Shown: positions 38,781-52,286 of the stretch, one piece after another
Layout: each line of letters starts with the position of its first letter
How positions within the stretch are numbered: the first letter of the stretch is position 1
DNA from: the human T2T-CHM13v2.0 reference genome, Homo sapiens
Assembly (NCBI RefSeq): GCF_009914755.1
Contig: NC_060936.1
DNA length: 64,000 nt
Reading direction: 5' to 3' (one strand)
Translations under genes and position numbers: made by a program
The notes under the pieces: generated by a model
Told to the model about the DNA's origin: nothing
The model's database searches: none
What the model saw: the letters and a program-made list of their open reading frames with translations, nothing else

Positions 38781-40049
38781 ATCCATTCATCAAATATTTA
38801 TTGAGTACCAACTATGTGAAAGGAGATATTCTAGAAGCTGGGGGAAAAACACAAGGAAAATTGCTGCCCTCATGGGGGAAGTCTGACCACAAAGAAAGAA
38901 AAATCCAAATGAATGCATAATAGATTAGAAGGAGAAAATATATGGTAAGAGGATAGAGTAGGGGGATGCTAATTTCATAGCACTCAATAAATGTTTATCA
39001 TTCTCACTAATATTCTACCCTGACACACCCACCAGGGAAAACAGAGAAGCAACCAACCTCGGAACTTGAGAGAGTTTAGATCTAGGGCTCCATCTCCAGC
39101 AGTTGGCTGAGGCTGGTTCTGGCTCCCATACCCATGGAGCTGACTCTGCTGCCAAAGTCTGCCTCCTTCTTACTGGGAAAGAGCAAAAGCCTACTTTTCA
39201 TGACACCTGTAGTAATCCTTGGTGGAATGTATCTGAAAAGATGCAGGAGAAATTCTTAAAATATATTTCCCTCTGACCACAATATATTCCATATGCTTGG
39301 AAACTGTTGGGAGGGAGCCTGGTGTGTTGAGTTACCTCTGGTAAATGTTTCTCTCCCACACTGGGGAAATCCTTATCAGGGGGCTCTCCTACCTGACAGC
39401 TGGAAGGAATTTAGGAGAAAATGCAAAGTGCTATTGCAAAAGAGGAATCAAAACCGCAAGAGGACTTGAGAGCTTCTCTCACAGTGAAAGGGTTTAAGGC
39501 TTTGGGGGGCTGTTTAGCTTGAAGAATATTCAATTGCTGGGATGGGGTATTAAGAGACCCTCTCCCACAAGAACTTGCTGTGCAAGCTTGGGAAGTCTAC
39601 TGGCCCCCTCTGAGCCTCTGTTTCCCAATTTGTAAAATGATGGTGAGCCTTATGGTTAGAGTTCTATTAATTGCAGAGGATCTATTTATGAATGTATGGC
39701 TTTTTCTGTGGGTTCTTCCCATGGAGGGAAATACCCTCTAAGGAACTGGTGGGTACAGCACTGAGCAGAAATGAAAGGAAGTAGAAGCCAGTCTCCAATT
39801 GAGAAGGAAACTCTTTACATTTGTGACTTTCAACCTTAGCTGCTCATTGGAAGCAGCGTTGAGGTCCCCTGTCCAGAGATGGTGATGCCTGGGCATGAGG
39901 AAGTTTAAAAAGCTCCCCAGGGGATTCTGATGCTTAAACAGAGGTGAGTTTCCAAGACCAGTCTCATGATCTTGCTAAATCTAATTATTTCCCCTTCCCT
40001 TGTGCTATGGAGCTGGCAATTAGATCTCCCTAAGAGGGGCAGGTATATG

Positions 40050-40280
40050 ATGCGTGCTTTAAAACAGAGAGAGCTAAATTCTAGTCCTAGCTCTGCCACT
40101 TAATTGCAGAGTAACACATGACAAATTAATGTTTCTGTGCATTAGTTTCTTTATCTGTGAAATGGGCATGAACATCATAGCACCCTCTTCATAGGGTCTG
40201 TGGTGATTCATTTAGATATGTATGTAAAGCCTCAGCACGTGTTTTGCACATGGTCAGCACACAGTGATGCTGACAATAAC
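40050..40280 (+). mobile_element. MIR
   Basis: cctagctctgccactta...tttctttatctgtgaaatggg. Confidence 0.8.
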
Positions 40281-40332
40281 TAATGATGATCGACAATGAC
40301 CCTCTTGGAAGTGAGCTTCAGGCGACTTAGAA

Positions 40333-40521
40333 CAGTGATTCTCACACTTAAGCATGCATTGGAATTACCAGAAGGGCTCTTTAAAATACAGACAGGTAGA
40401 CCCCAGCCCAGAGCTCCTGACTCACGGGTTCTGGGGTAGAGACTGAGAATATGCATTTCTGATAAGTTTCCACTGGACGCCAATGCTGCTGGACCAGGAA
40501 AGCACACTTTAAGAACCACTG
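40333..40521 (-). mobile_element. MER5A
   Basis: cagtgattctca...aagaaccactg termini; TSD-like acttagaa/tcttaaaa. Confidence 0.9.
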
Positions 40522-41174
40522 TCTTAAAAGGAAAATAACAACACATCCTTCACACGGTGGAGTTTATCTCCCTCTTCATTAGGTTTCTATCTCTTTGAGC
40601 TTCTAAGGACATGAAAGCACGTAAGTTAGGAACCTGCATAATAGAAACTGAATTTTATGACTTGGCAAAGCCTTAGAGATCTATTCTTCTCTTTTATGTT
40701 GCACTTGGAAAAATTAAAGCTCAGAGAGGGGAAGGCATTTGCTCAAGGTCTCACAGCAAGTTAGTAGCAAATCTAGCACAAGAACCAGTTCTGGTCTCCA
40801 CCTGTTATGGAGCCTGTTGAGGGAGAGAAAGAGGCTTTGAGCCCTCCAGGGTTGGTTCATCATGGGCTGTGATCACAGGAGCCGGAGTCTCAGCTCCATA
40901 GTCAGCCACTGCCAAACCTGATCCCAGGGAACCCACTCACCTGAAGAGGTGACCTGTGGCCACTTATTAAATGACACACCTTTTAAATGGCACACCCTAC
41001 TGCAAACCTTGTGGCTGAAAATTTAAACAGTGAGACTGGCCAAGAGGAAAAGTAGTGATAGCAGCCAGCATGGTACAAATGTGGGGACCCTGCACCCTCA
41101 TACAGTGCTGGAGGGAATGTCAATTGCTAGAACTTTCCTGGGGGGCAACATGTATTTCTAAGAGGCATCACCCT

Positions 41175-41393
41175 TTCTGCCTCAGGCTCTAATGTGGCTT
41201 GGTATGGCACAGTTAATGATCTTGTCTTTAAAATTTCGATACTTTATTTGTTATGGATGTTTATATGAGTTTTGATTTTTTAAAAATAGCTCATTAAAAT
41301 ATTAGTCATCTTGATTATTGACATTTTTGGTACCCCTGCAAATTTTGTGCCCTGGGCAAGTGCCTTCCTCCCTGCACCCTCATCCTAACCCTG
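41175..41393. mobile_element. MER96B-like hAT element
   Basis: aaattttgtgccctgggcaagtgcc...accctcatcctaaccctg terminus. Confidence 0.55.
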
Positions 41394-41709
41394 TGAAACA
41401 TAACCCTGGGCCTCTCACATCATGGAACATTTCAGGGGACTGTGCTTATATGGAGCACACGTTTTGAAATCTGTATTATCATTGCATGTGCTTAAAATAA
41501 GCAAAATGCCATGAGTTTGGTTTTGTTTTTCAAGTATCAGGAAGGAAAGAAGAGAGGAAATGAATAAACTTCTTTTTAATATGGAGTTTTTAAGAAATAT
41601 TTGTGACTATATAACATTTCAAATGGAGTCCTAAGAATATATTAGATTAAAATATATCTATTAAGATATATTAAAATATATTAAAATGCATCTATTAAGA
41701 TATAGATAT

Positions 41710-42200
41710 CAGATACTTCTCAGTTATCTGATGCCGACACAGTGCTGTGTGAGCAAGAACCACAAAGCCTTAGTGGCCTATGGAATGCCCAATGCTCATG
41801 TGTCTGGGGTGAGCAGCCTGGTGACTCTGTTAATCTTGGCTGGGATTGATCACATGACTGGGGGTGGCTGGCTGTTGGCTGGGCAATTGGGAGGACTCAG
41901 TTCTGCTCCACCTGTCTCTCACCCTCCAGCAGGCTAGCCTGGGCATGTCCTCACAGTGATGGCAGAAGGGGAGAGAGAGGGAGAGAAAGAGAGGAAACAC
42001 ACAAGGCCTTTTGATGTCGAGGCTCAGTACTGACATGCTGTCACTGCAGGCTGAAGCAGATCATGCGGCCAGCCCAGCTTCAGGGCTGAGGAAATAGACT
42101 CTGCCTTGTTGGTGAGGGCATCTTCAAAGTCACTTGGCAAAGGGAACAAAAACCGGGGAGCATGAAGAGGGGAAGCTGTTAATGTGCATTATCACAGATA
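41710..42200 (-). mobile_element. MLT1H/I-like LTR
   Basis: ctccagcaggctagcctgggcatgtcctcac...gaaatagactctgcc. Confidence 0.7.
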
Positions 42201-43169
42201 ACAAGGTGGTTTTCACATAGATTGTGCCACAAAAATCCCAAAGTAGCTGTCCAAGAATTAACTATTAGTTATTAACTATTAATATTATTAACTAATAATT
42301 AACTAATATAATTAACTAATAATATAATAGATGACTCTTAATACCACTCACCTCATCAAGGATATGTAAGGGTCAGAAAAGAAGAACTAAGGAGAATATA
42401 TTTATTTTTAGAGATTTATCCTAGAAGTTTTACCTCCCCTAAGGAGCAGGGTGGAGATAATATTTTTTACTCCAGGACAAGAAAAGGGAACTTTAAGAAA
42501 ACTACCTGGAGAATTTCATATAAGACCCCACAGTATGGGATAAACTGTGAACTTGTATCTGACTCCCATATGAGAAATAGGAGACAAAAAAATAGATGGG
42601 TTATCTCAGCTGAAACAGAAGTGGTTGCCTTAGGAAAGATCTTCACCTGCAGACTTCATTGGAGCCAAGGATTCTGAGTGTATCCTGTGAACCCACTGTG
42701 GACTATGTGTGAGAGAGAGCTGTTGGCTGGTGTGGGTCACCTGTAGTCAACAGGGACACATGGAAGGGTGCACAGGTCCCAGGAGAGAGCAGCCAAAGTA
42801 TTGCATAATTCCTGGAGGCTCCTGAAGGCTTAAGCAATGAGCTAAGGTGGTGCTCTTTGAGCAGAAGTCAAAAGAGAGGCAAGTGAGGGGTCCCCAGTGA
42901 TGGGACAACTCCAAGGAACGTACATAAGTGCCCATGAGAGGACAAGTCAGTGCAGAGAGCTTAGAACCATCTTAAGACAGTACCAGTCAAGCAAGAACTT
43001 CCATACTCCTTTCCTTTCTCCTGCCTGCCTGGCCCCCACCTGCTCAAACCCAGAAGCCAAAGTTAGCTAGTTAGAGCCAAAACGTGGAGAAACAAGAGAC
43101 AGGCCAGTTGGCAGGTCCTACCTGGGAGAGAAAAAAAAAAAGATTATTTAATTTTAAAGCCAGTTTGAA

Positions 43170-43368
43170 AGAGGGGAATAATAGACATTGAAAACTCCAG
43201 CATGTACGATAGTGGGAAGAGGATGAGGGCTAAAAAATTACATACTGGGTACGATGTTCACTATTGAAGTGATGGGTATGCTAAAAGCTTAGACTTCACT
43301 GCTATGCAATATATCCATGTAAGAAAATTGCACTTGTATCTCTTAAATCTAAATAAAAATTTTAAAAA
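43170..43368 (+). mobile_element. L1PB-like 3' end, inserted in an old LTR-like element (about 42450-43500)
   Basis: gacttcactgctatgcaatatatccatgtaa...; TSD ccagtttgaa at 43160 and 43371. Confidence 0.85.
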
Positions 43369-45983
43369 GTCCAGTTTGAAGTTTGAAAATTAGATGGGAC
43401 TGTGCCTCCTAAATTCTGTAATGAGATGGTGTCTGGTGACTTAAAGTGACCAGAGGATCTTTTATTATTAAGGAAAAGGTAGGAAGAGCATCAAACTGCA
43501 TGGATTTTCACCTAGGGACAGCGGGAGAACTCCTCCCCAACCCACCCCCACACACATACACACTCTGAATACATTCTACAGACTAATGGGAAACAAAAAT
43601 AAAATTGTTTTATGACCACCCCTTCATCCATGCCTTGTATGATATCCCAATTACACTCAAAGTGAAGAAAACTTTTTACCACCTCCTCGCTACATATATG
43701 GCAGTGAAGAAGCTGAGACTTCTCTGATCTTGCTTCTTCGCATCGTTGGTTCTGAAACATTCCCTGAATAACACTTTCTGCTCCCTCCAGTGACTTCAGA
43801 AAGAACCTAGTGTGAGGAGGAGATGGGATGAAAAGGAGATAAAAGAAGACATCATTCAAAGATGCATACAGGGAAGATCAACCCTCCTGGGGCTCAGGGT
43901 GGTTCATGGATAATCCAATCAAGGAGAGGCAGATAGTTAAAGGGGCGGGGGGCGGGGGGGGAGGGAATGCACAAGCTTTATAGCCCAAGGTTTGTTTTCC
44001 CATATGTATGGGAAATGATAATATCTTCATAATAGAATATCTTCTTAATATAGTAGTTAGAATTAAAGAGGGATGTGTATATTAAGCTTCTGTGCATAGT
44101 AGGTGCTTAATTAATATTTCTTTTTACACACTCTGATTTCAGTCCTAAATATCTTGAGGCCAGAGTCTGAGCGTGGGGGAGTCAGATCTTTTAAGATTCA
44201 TGTGGGGGTAAAGAATTGCTCTTTCCCAAGCAAGAATGCCAATTCATGTGTCTTTTTCTCCCATTTGCAGTGATTCCCTCAGCTTTTAAAATAATAGAAG
44301 AAACACATGGAGCTTATATGGAGTTCATACTTCATCTTAGGAAAAAAAAATCTACAGCTTTTGTTTTACAATGTCTTATTATTTCATTAGCATTTGCAAC
44401 TGAAATAGGAATAAATCAAAATTCACGAAGATGTTTGATCCCCACTTCTTGGATGTTAAACAGAGAATGACCTGGGCTGTGAAATCTACAGCTGTGCACA
44501 CAGTTTTCTACAATGTATGTACTTAAGTGCCATACAGTTCTTAAAGGATAATTAATCATTGCTACCCATCATCAACCCTACAGAAAGCAACTAGTTTCTT
44601 GCATGTGCCGTGTTCTCTCCCACCATTGGAACCTCATGTAGGCTCTTCACTGTGCCTAAGGCACCTGTCCATCTCAAACTCCATTGTCATCCTCTCAACT
44701 TTCAAGTAATTCAGCTCAATTGTCACCACTTCTCAGAAGTTTCCCAGGACCCCTCATATTAGGTTAAAACCATTATATGCTCCTAACACCCAGGACATCC
44801 TCCAAAACACTTTGTATCTATGACATCATTAAATTGTTCCTTCTGTGCTCACTTCTAATCTCCATAACAACAGGAACGCTGTTTGTGCATTTATGCATCC
44901 CAGCATGTGACAAAGCGTTTGTCACACATTGTTGCTTAAGTTGCATATATTTCCAGTCCCACCTGTATGAACTTACTCTAGTAAAAATTAAACCCCAAGG
45001 GAAGAGCCTTGGTGCCTCCAAGCCTCTAAGAAAAAGTTTCTAAAAATGAGCAGAGGGGGAATATATTTTTTACAAAGAATGTTTTGACGGGTACCTCTTA
45101 AGTTTGCATTTTCCAAAATGTTCCTTGTTCCCTTGCCTGAATAAACTTTCACTGATTCCCTGATTCCCATTCTAATACCCAAACCAGGCAAAGATCATAA
45201 TTCACAGGAGTAATATTTGCAGATTAAAATAAAAACAGCCACATTCTGCAAGTAACATTGATGTCTGGCAAAATGTCTCCGCCAGAAAAATATGTGAATG
45301 TCGGATGCTTTGCAGGACACGGCCAAATTCCTTTTATTCTCTCAGAAATATAGCAGGGTAGTGCACATTCTGATTTGGATGTACTCCCACTTTCTGGAGT
45401 AAGGGAAAATACAATAAAAACCTGGACGATGATCTCATGGAATCCTCAATTTGTCAAGATGCATCTCTTCTAAGTGGCTTTTTTTCAAAGCTTGAGATGC
45501 TTCCAAAATATTTATAAAAAGCAGCAGGGCTCTTAAAAGTTAGGAGACAATCAAAGACCTCCAAGAAAAAGAAGAAAGCACGGTTGCTTTGCAACCTCCA
45601 ACAAAGAAGGAATGAGGGAGGGCAAGCAGGTATGAGCCATGGGGGAAAATTGGGAAGCTCAGCACACTTATGCTTGGCACATCACACTTTTCTTTTGGAA
45701 TCACATTCTACGGGAGTGAACATTTGCTTTCGAACCTTATTAACCTAGCTGGTAATTAAGTCTGAAGTGTGAGCATTGGCAGAAGATATTTGACATTTAG
45801 GCAGCGCATAAACCATTTTCTTGTCTAACTCTTTTTCTTTTTTTCTTTGTTATTACATATGTTAAAGACAATACATTTTTCTCCATGAAGAAGAAAATTT
45901 TAAAATATTATCTATTATCTTATGACCCCAAAATAACTTCTAACATTTTAAGAGATGTCTTCTCTCTAGCCTCTGAATGTGTG

Positions 45984-45986
<3 letters not shown>

Positions 45987-46016
<30 letters not shown>
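45987..46016. repeat. (AC)15 microsatellite
   Basis: Directly visible. Confidence 0.97.
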
Positions 46017-46018
<2 letters not shown>

Positions 46019-46429
46019 ATACTATTTTTTACAAAAACTAGATATTGCTGCGTGTACTGTTTTACCAACTGCTTTGTTTTATTCTTTAAAAAAAAAAAAA
46101 CACAATCAATAGACAGGCCTATGTTCTGAATCTGCCTTTTATGCCCTGTGTGAATTTGAAGGCATCACTTAAATAATCTGAGTTTCAATTTTCTCATCTG
46201 TAAATTAAAGCTCACGGTAGTACCTGCCTCATAAGGTTATTTGAGGACAAACATCATACCAGGCAAATGCTTAGCAAATAGTGAGCCCTGTGTGTGTGTA
46301 CATGTGCGCTCCCATATAATTAAGTAGTCTTCTTCCACATCATTAAAAAATTCAACATAAAATTCCATTGTATAGACAGTTGAATTAACCATCTTCTTTG
46401 TCAGGCATAGGTTCATTTAAAACATGTTC

Positions 46430-46725
<296 letters not shown>

Positions 46726-46823
46726 TATTCCAAAGTTTGTTGACATATTCATCCTTATTTTATTCTTATATTTCTATGGAGTTGGTATTAGTCATGTGGA
46801 TAAGAATAGCTAATATTCTACTC

Positions 46824-47048
46824 TAAGGATCGTCAAATGCTTTCTGTAAAGGACCAGATGGTAGATATTTTTGGCTTTTTGGGCCAGAGTGGCTCTGTCC
46901 CAACTACTCAACTCTGCCAAGGTCATGTGAAGTCAGCCATAGACAATACATAAACAAATGTGTATGGCTGTGTTCCAGTAAGGGTTTATTTACAAAAACA
47001 GGTGGCAGGCACATTTGGCCCAAGAGCCATTAAGTTTGCTCATCTTTG
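46824..47048 (+). mobile_element. MER58A
   Basis: ttctgtaaaggaccagatggta...caactactcaactctgcc...tttatttacaaaaacagg. Confidence 0.88.
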
Positions 47049-47088
47049 TGTACTGAATGTCAGCCAATGTTCTAAAGGAGTCACCTGG

Positions 47089-47408
47089 TGTATTAATCCA
47101 TTTTGTGTTGCTATAAAGGAATGCCTGAGACTAGGTAATTTACAAAGAAAAGAAGTTTGCTTGGCTCACAGTTCTGCAGACTGTATAGGAAGCATCTGCT
47201 TCTGGTGGGGGCCTCGGGGGGATTCCAATCATGGCAGAAGGCAAAGTAGGAGCCAGCATGGTGAGAGATGGAGCAACAGGAGCTGGGGAGGGGCCCCAGA
47301 CTCTTTTTAACAATCAGATCCCAAACACCTTCCACTGGGCCCACCTCCAACACTGGAGGTTACATGTCAACATGAGATTTGGAGGGGACACACAACCAAA
47401 CCATATCA
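47089..47408 (-). mobile_element. MSTB-like MaLR solo LTR inside a MIR
   Basis: tgtattaatccattttg...catgagatttggagggga...aaaccatatca; TSD cctgg/cttgg. Confidence 0.88.
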
Positions 47409-48559
47409 CTTGGGTAATCTTATTTATTCTCACAGCAACCCTAGAGCGGTAGTAGGTGTGAGTATTCTTCCCATTTTACAGGTAGAAATGAGAAGTAAAA
47501 TGCCACCTGTTTTCCAGAACGGCAAAGCAAATAAACAGTTGGGTTAGAGCTCACACCCGAGCTCCCAGCTCCCAACTCCTACCTTTTCCTTTTTTACTCC
47601 ACTCCCTGCCTCTCAAACCCTTTCTCCAAATGAAATCCCAGCATTGATTGTTCAGCAGCCTCAAACAACCTGCTCACATTCTTGGTTTATGAGGACAGCA
47701 GCCACAACAGGCAAACCCTTTGACACCCCCTTTCCGGGGTGATTTTGCACATGGTTTAGCAGTGTCTCTGGGAAGGGTGGCTGGGGCCATCGCAAGCCCT
47801 GTTTCTACATTTTTAGTCTCATCATTATCCATTCCAGCAATACATTCCAAGTATGATCCTGCCCCAGACTCAACTATGTTAACATTTTTTTGCTTTTCTA
47901 TGAAGCTCCGGTCTTAGAGATCAAAGTTAGAGGCACAGTCTCTAGGGATCCAGCAGAGAACTTCCAGAAAGAGTCATTCGCTTCTAGTAGGAACATGCAG
48001 TGACCCCAACTCACACATGTGCCTTTTTGCTCTGACAGCCACTGAGCACTGCTCTGCAGTGGAGCAGGAGAAAGCCCCCATGCCTTTTTAATTTATTGCC
48101 TAAAGAGGCAGGGTTAGAATGTTGCAGAGGATTTCTTGCGTGTAGCTGATCTGAGATTTTCCAAGTTCCAAGAAGGGGTCAAGCGGCAGCTACAGGACAT
48201 TTTCCAAAATGCAACAACCTATGTGTTTCTGTCCTGGAAGCAAAAGAGGCACTATCAGATGGCTGCTTCTCTCTCATCAGTTTGTCTAACTGATCACTGG
48301 AAGAGACTCCAAAGTGTAGATGTCACAATTAAATGCTGTCCAAATAAGGAAACTAGTCAGGGAACAATAGGTCTAACTCTTAGTCTTATAACTACTCAAT
48401 TCGCTGGCCTTTTAAAAGTCAGGCATAAATCTTTGGGCTAAGCATCTATGCAGGATTTTCACATTTTTTACTCTCTTAGGTTTATATATTGGTGAACATC
48501 TTTAATTTTGTTATGTGTTACTACCAAAATACCTGTAGGAATGTTAACAGTCTGAACCA

Positions 48560-48855
48560 AATGATATTCTCAAACTCATGTAATGTTTTGCAAAAAAAAA
48601 AAAAAGAAAGAAAAAAGAGCAAAGATGCAAAGAATGTTTTGTGGTCAAATGAGTTGGAGAAATTCTGCATCGTCTAGTCTTTATCCTTCCTGGAAACTCA
48701 CAAACCATATTAGCATATTAAAGGCTCTGAGGAGTCCTGCAGAAAAAGATCCTGTTACCCTTTGTTTAGCCCAGCATTTTCCATGGAATATGCACATGGC
48801 AAATATCAGCATCCCACAAAACCAGCTCAGCAAAATTCACTTTAGGAAATCTCAT
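48560..48855. mobile_element. hAT-Charlie remnant (MER113-like)
   Basis: attagcatattaaaggctctgaggagtcctgcag...ttgtttagcccagcattt. Confidence 0.6.
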
Positions 48856-49890
48856 TGTAGAGTAATGTTCTCTTTGATTTGTAAAAAGAATCAGCCATCA
48901 GCAAGTCTATCATCAGAATGGACTTGCTCATCTCAAAGGTGGAGAGAAATTCTCTCACTGGTCCAGTTTCCATCGTTGGTTGGCACTATCCATTCCTGGG
49001 GGCTCACATTTGTGGGAAGCCTGGTGAGAACTTGGAGGCCCATCATAGTCAAGGAATGGAACAAGACCAACTGAGTCAGACGAGAAGAGAGTTTCTTCAG
49101 TTTCAGTTTGAGCCAAAACCTGATTTATCTGGGATCATGTTTGGGTCATTTTTTGCCTGCAATCTCAAGTATCTAGAACCAAGCCAAAAACATAGAATTT
49201 GGTCAGTTAGTCACACTGATAAGCATGTTGCAATCTCTTTCCAGAATCTAGAGGAAGAGAAAACTCAAAGACCTTTTCTTGTATTGTTTACTGTTGAATT
49301 CTGGTGCCTGTCACAAAAGATACAATGGACAAATACTTATTGTAGGAAAAGATGTTCTCCCAGTGTCAGTGTACCTGTCTTGGCAGAAGGGACTTTGTAA
49401 TGCAGAGAAGACAGACGTCAAACATTAAGAAAAGGCACTGAAATTCAATACACTACAGTCTGGGGCCAGTCAACATTGGGATAAGTTGTTCACCACCAGC
49501 CACTGGGGACCCCAAAAGATAGAATTCAGGATAAGAACTGGTATTTGCAATAAGGCATCAAGAAAAGTGCAACTGTTTACAAAGGCAGGAAATATGCAAC
49601 ACAGTTTAGAAAGTTTGCCTTTAAAAAGTTTGTCATCTAAGCAAAGAATGACTTTCTCAGAATTTCCAGCTGTGAGGAGATGAAGTTGCATTGGCTGAAC
49701 ACTTTCTATGCATCAGACAAGTTGCCTCTAGCACACATCATATCATTCAAAACTCTCAGCGAGACTCTGATGAGGAATTGTTTTGCCAGAGGTACAGTTA
49801 AGGAGCTGACACTCAGGGAAATTCACCTGCCCAAGCCACTCCCCTGGGAAAGCACAGAGCCAGAGTTGAAGTTTTCGTCTGTCTGACTCC

Positions 49891-50311
49891 TGTAAGCAAA
49901 TTAAATATGGCCTGAGAAGGACTCCATACTTCTATATTCGGGTCCTTGTGGACAACCTAACTTAATATGTAGACAAGACTGAAAACCTAACTTAGGAGTA
50001 TGCACCTGTAACAACAGCTGAGTCTTGGCCAATCCCAGCAGCCATACGTCAACCACTCATACACTGCTGTGTTCAAACTGTGTTCAAATAAAGCAAATGC
50101 TGAGCTGTAACCAATCCAGTTGTTTCTGTACTTCACTTCTGATTTCTCTACATCACTTCCCTTTTTTTGTCTATAAATCTTATTCCAATATGTGGCTGTA
50201 CTGGAGTCTCTCTGAATCTGCTGTGATTGTAAGAGCTACCCGATTCACTAATAGTTCATTGTTCAATTAAACTCCTTTAAATTAAATTCAGCTGAAATTT
50301 TTATTTTAGCA
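49891..50311 (+). mobile_element. MER57A1-like ERV1 solo LTR inside a MIR
   Basis: aaatatggcctgagaaggactcc...gctgagctgtaaccaatcc...; TG...CA ends; perfect 4-bp TSD ctcc. Confidence 0.9.
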
Positions 50312-50404
50312 CTCCAAACTTGACTTTTTATTACCCCATGTTGCCCTTGGCCTAAAAATTTCATATTATAAAAAGACATCTTGATGACAAGGAAACACTT
50401 ACAG

Positions 50405-50896
50405 AGTATTAGTTATCTATTGCTTCACAACAAATAATCCCACAATCTAAAACACAAGCATCTATTATGTCACAGTTTCTGTGGGTCAGGAATTTGAGCA
50501 CAGTTTGGTTCTGGCTCAGGCTCCAGGGCTGTGGTCTTCTCAAGGCTCAGAAAGAGGAGGATCTACTCCCAAGGTCACTTACGTGGCTGTTGGTGGGTGT
50601 CAGTCCTCTCTGACAGTTAGCTAGAGACATCACTTTTTTGTTATATGGGCCTTATCACTGGGCAGCCCAATGACATGGCAGCTGGCTTCCCCCAGGGTAA
50701 ACAAGGAAGAGTACAGGAGGAAGAACATACAAGACAGAAACCAGCATTTGTGTAATCTAATCTCAAATGTGACATAGTATCATGTCTGCCATATTGTATT
50801 CACTAGAAAAGGTCACTAAATCTGACCCATACTCAAAGTCAAGAAGACCAGGAAGTGGGAATTATTGGGAGGTCATCTTAAAGACTGGCTATCACA
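50405..50896 (-). mobile_element. MLT1F-like LTR
   Basis: ttagttatctattgct...cagtttctgtgggtcaggaattt...ggctatcaca. Confidence 0.8.
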
Positions 50897-51520
50897 TAAA
50901 GGAAACTAATTTGAAGCGAAAATCAGTGCAAAAGATTAGGATTAGAAATAAACTGAATATCCAATCATATGAAATGGAAGTTTATCCATAGGCTAAGTCT
51001 GCAGCCATTGAAGCCATGTCTTTTAACATTTTTGAGTGATCAGGAGAAGGGCTCAGCATAAACTAAAAAAGAAAACTCTTGGAGGTGGAGATATGAGGGG
51101 AGAAGGGAGAATCCAGAAGAGAAAACATGAAAATATTTATTAATGGCAATTTGTATTTTCTTTGTAATTTTCTTGATGTTTCCAAATTATTACAATGATG
51201 ATGCACTACTTGATTAACAAAAAAAAACTCTAATTAATTTTTTAAACAACTAAGGTGAAAAAGCCTGATCTTTCTTGAGTTCCACATAGAATGAAATACA
51301 GAGATAAATAGTAACTTAAAATTAACTTGAATGCAATTCTTCCACCAATGCTAGCTGAAGAAGCACATTTTTTCCATAGGAGGAAGAGAGACAGGATGAA
51401 GTCTTCTAGCCAATGGATGAACTTGAACTGTTTTTACATTTCCTATGATTGGATATTTAGTTTATTTCTAATCCTATCTACAGGATAAATACAGAGGTAC
51501 AATTAATAGCCTCTGCTCTA

Positions 51521-52286
51521 TGGTGGCTCACACTAAGGGAGGAGACCATCCCTCATATTGTCTTATGCCCAATTTCTGCCTCCAAAGAAAGAAGAAGTAA
51601 AAACTAAAGGCAGAAATGAAATCCACAGGCAGACAGCCCGGCGCCACACTCTGGGCCTGGTTAAAGATCGACCCCTGACCTAACCGGTTATGTTATCTAT
51701 AGATTCCAGACATTGTATGGAAAAGCATTGTGAAAATCCCTGTCCTGTTCTGTTCCAGTCTGATTACCAGTGCCTGCAGCCCCCAGTCATGTACCCCCTG
51801 CTTGCTCAATCGATCATGACCCTCTCACGTGGACCCCCTTAGAGTTGTAAGCCCTTAAAAGGGACAGGAATCGCCCACTCGGGGAGCTCGATTGTTGGAG
51901 ATGTGAGTCTTGCCGAAGCTACTGGCCGAATAAAGCCCTTCCTTCTTTAACTCGGTGTCTAGGGGTTTTGTCTGCAGCTTGTCCTGCTACAACACCTATA
52001 ATCTCAACACTTTGGGAGGCCAAGGCAGGAGCATCACCTGAACCTAGGAGTTTGAAACCAGCCTGGGCAACATACAGAGGCCCTGTCTCTACAAAAAAAT
52101 TTAAAATTAGCCAGGTATGGTCCTATATCCCTGTAGTTCTAGCTACTCAAGAGGCTGAAGGAGGAGGATTATTTGAGCCAGAGAGGTTGAGGCTGCAGTG
52201 AGCTATGAATTTGACATTGCACTCCAGCCTGGGTGACAGAGTGAGACCCTGTCTTTTAAAAAAAAAAAAGAAAAGAAAAAGAAAAA
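51521..52286 (+). mobile_element. AluJ split by LTR2 (51521-51533 and 51992-52286)
   Basis: tggtggctcacac|ctataatc rejoin to the Alu 5' end; A tail; degenerate outer TSD agcctctgctcta/agtctccactcta. Confidence 0.9.
51534..51991 (+). mobile_element. LTR2 (HERV-E) solo LTR
   Basis: taagggaggagacc...cctcatattgtcttatgcccaatttctgcctccaaag...gtcctgctaca; AATAAA at 51929; perfect ACAC TSD. Confidence 0.93.

Noticed and set aside
48583-49400. Two overlapping 160-aa ORFs
   Set aside because: They start in an A-run or MER remnant, show no recognisable domain, and have no supporting exon structure.
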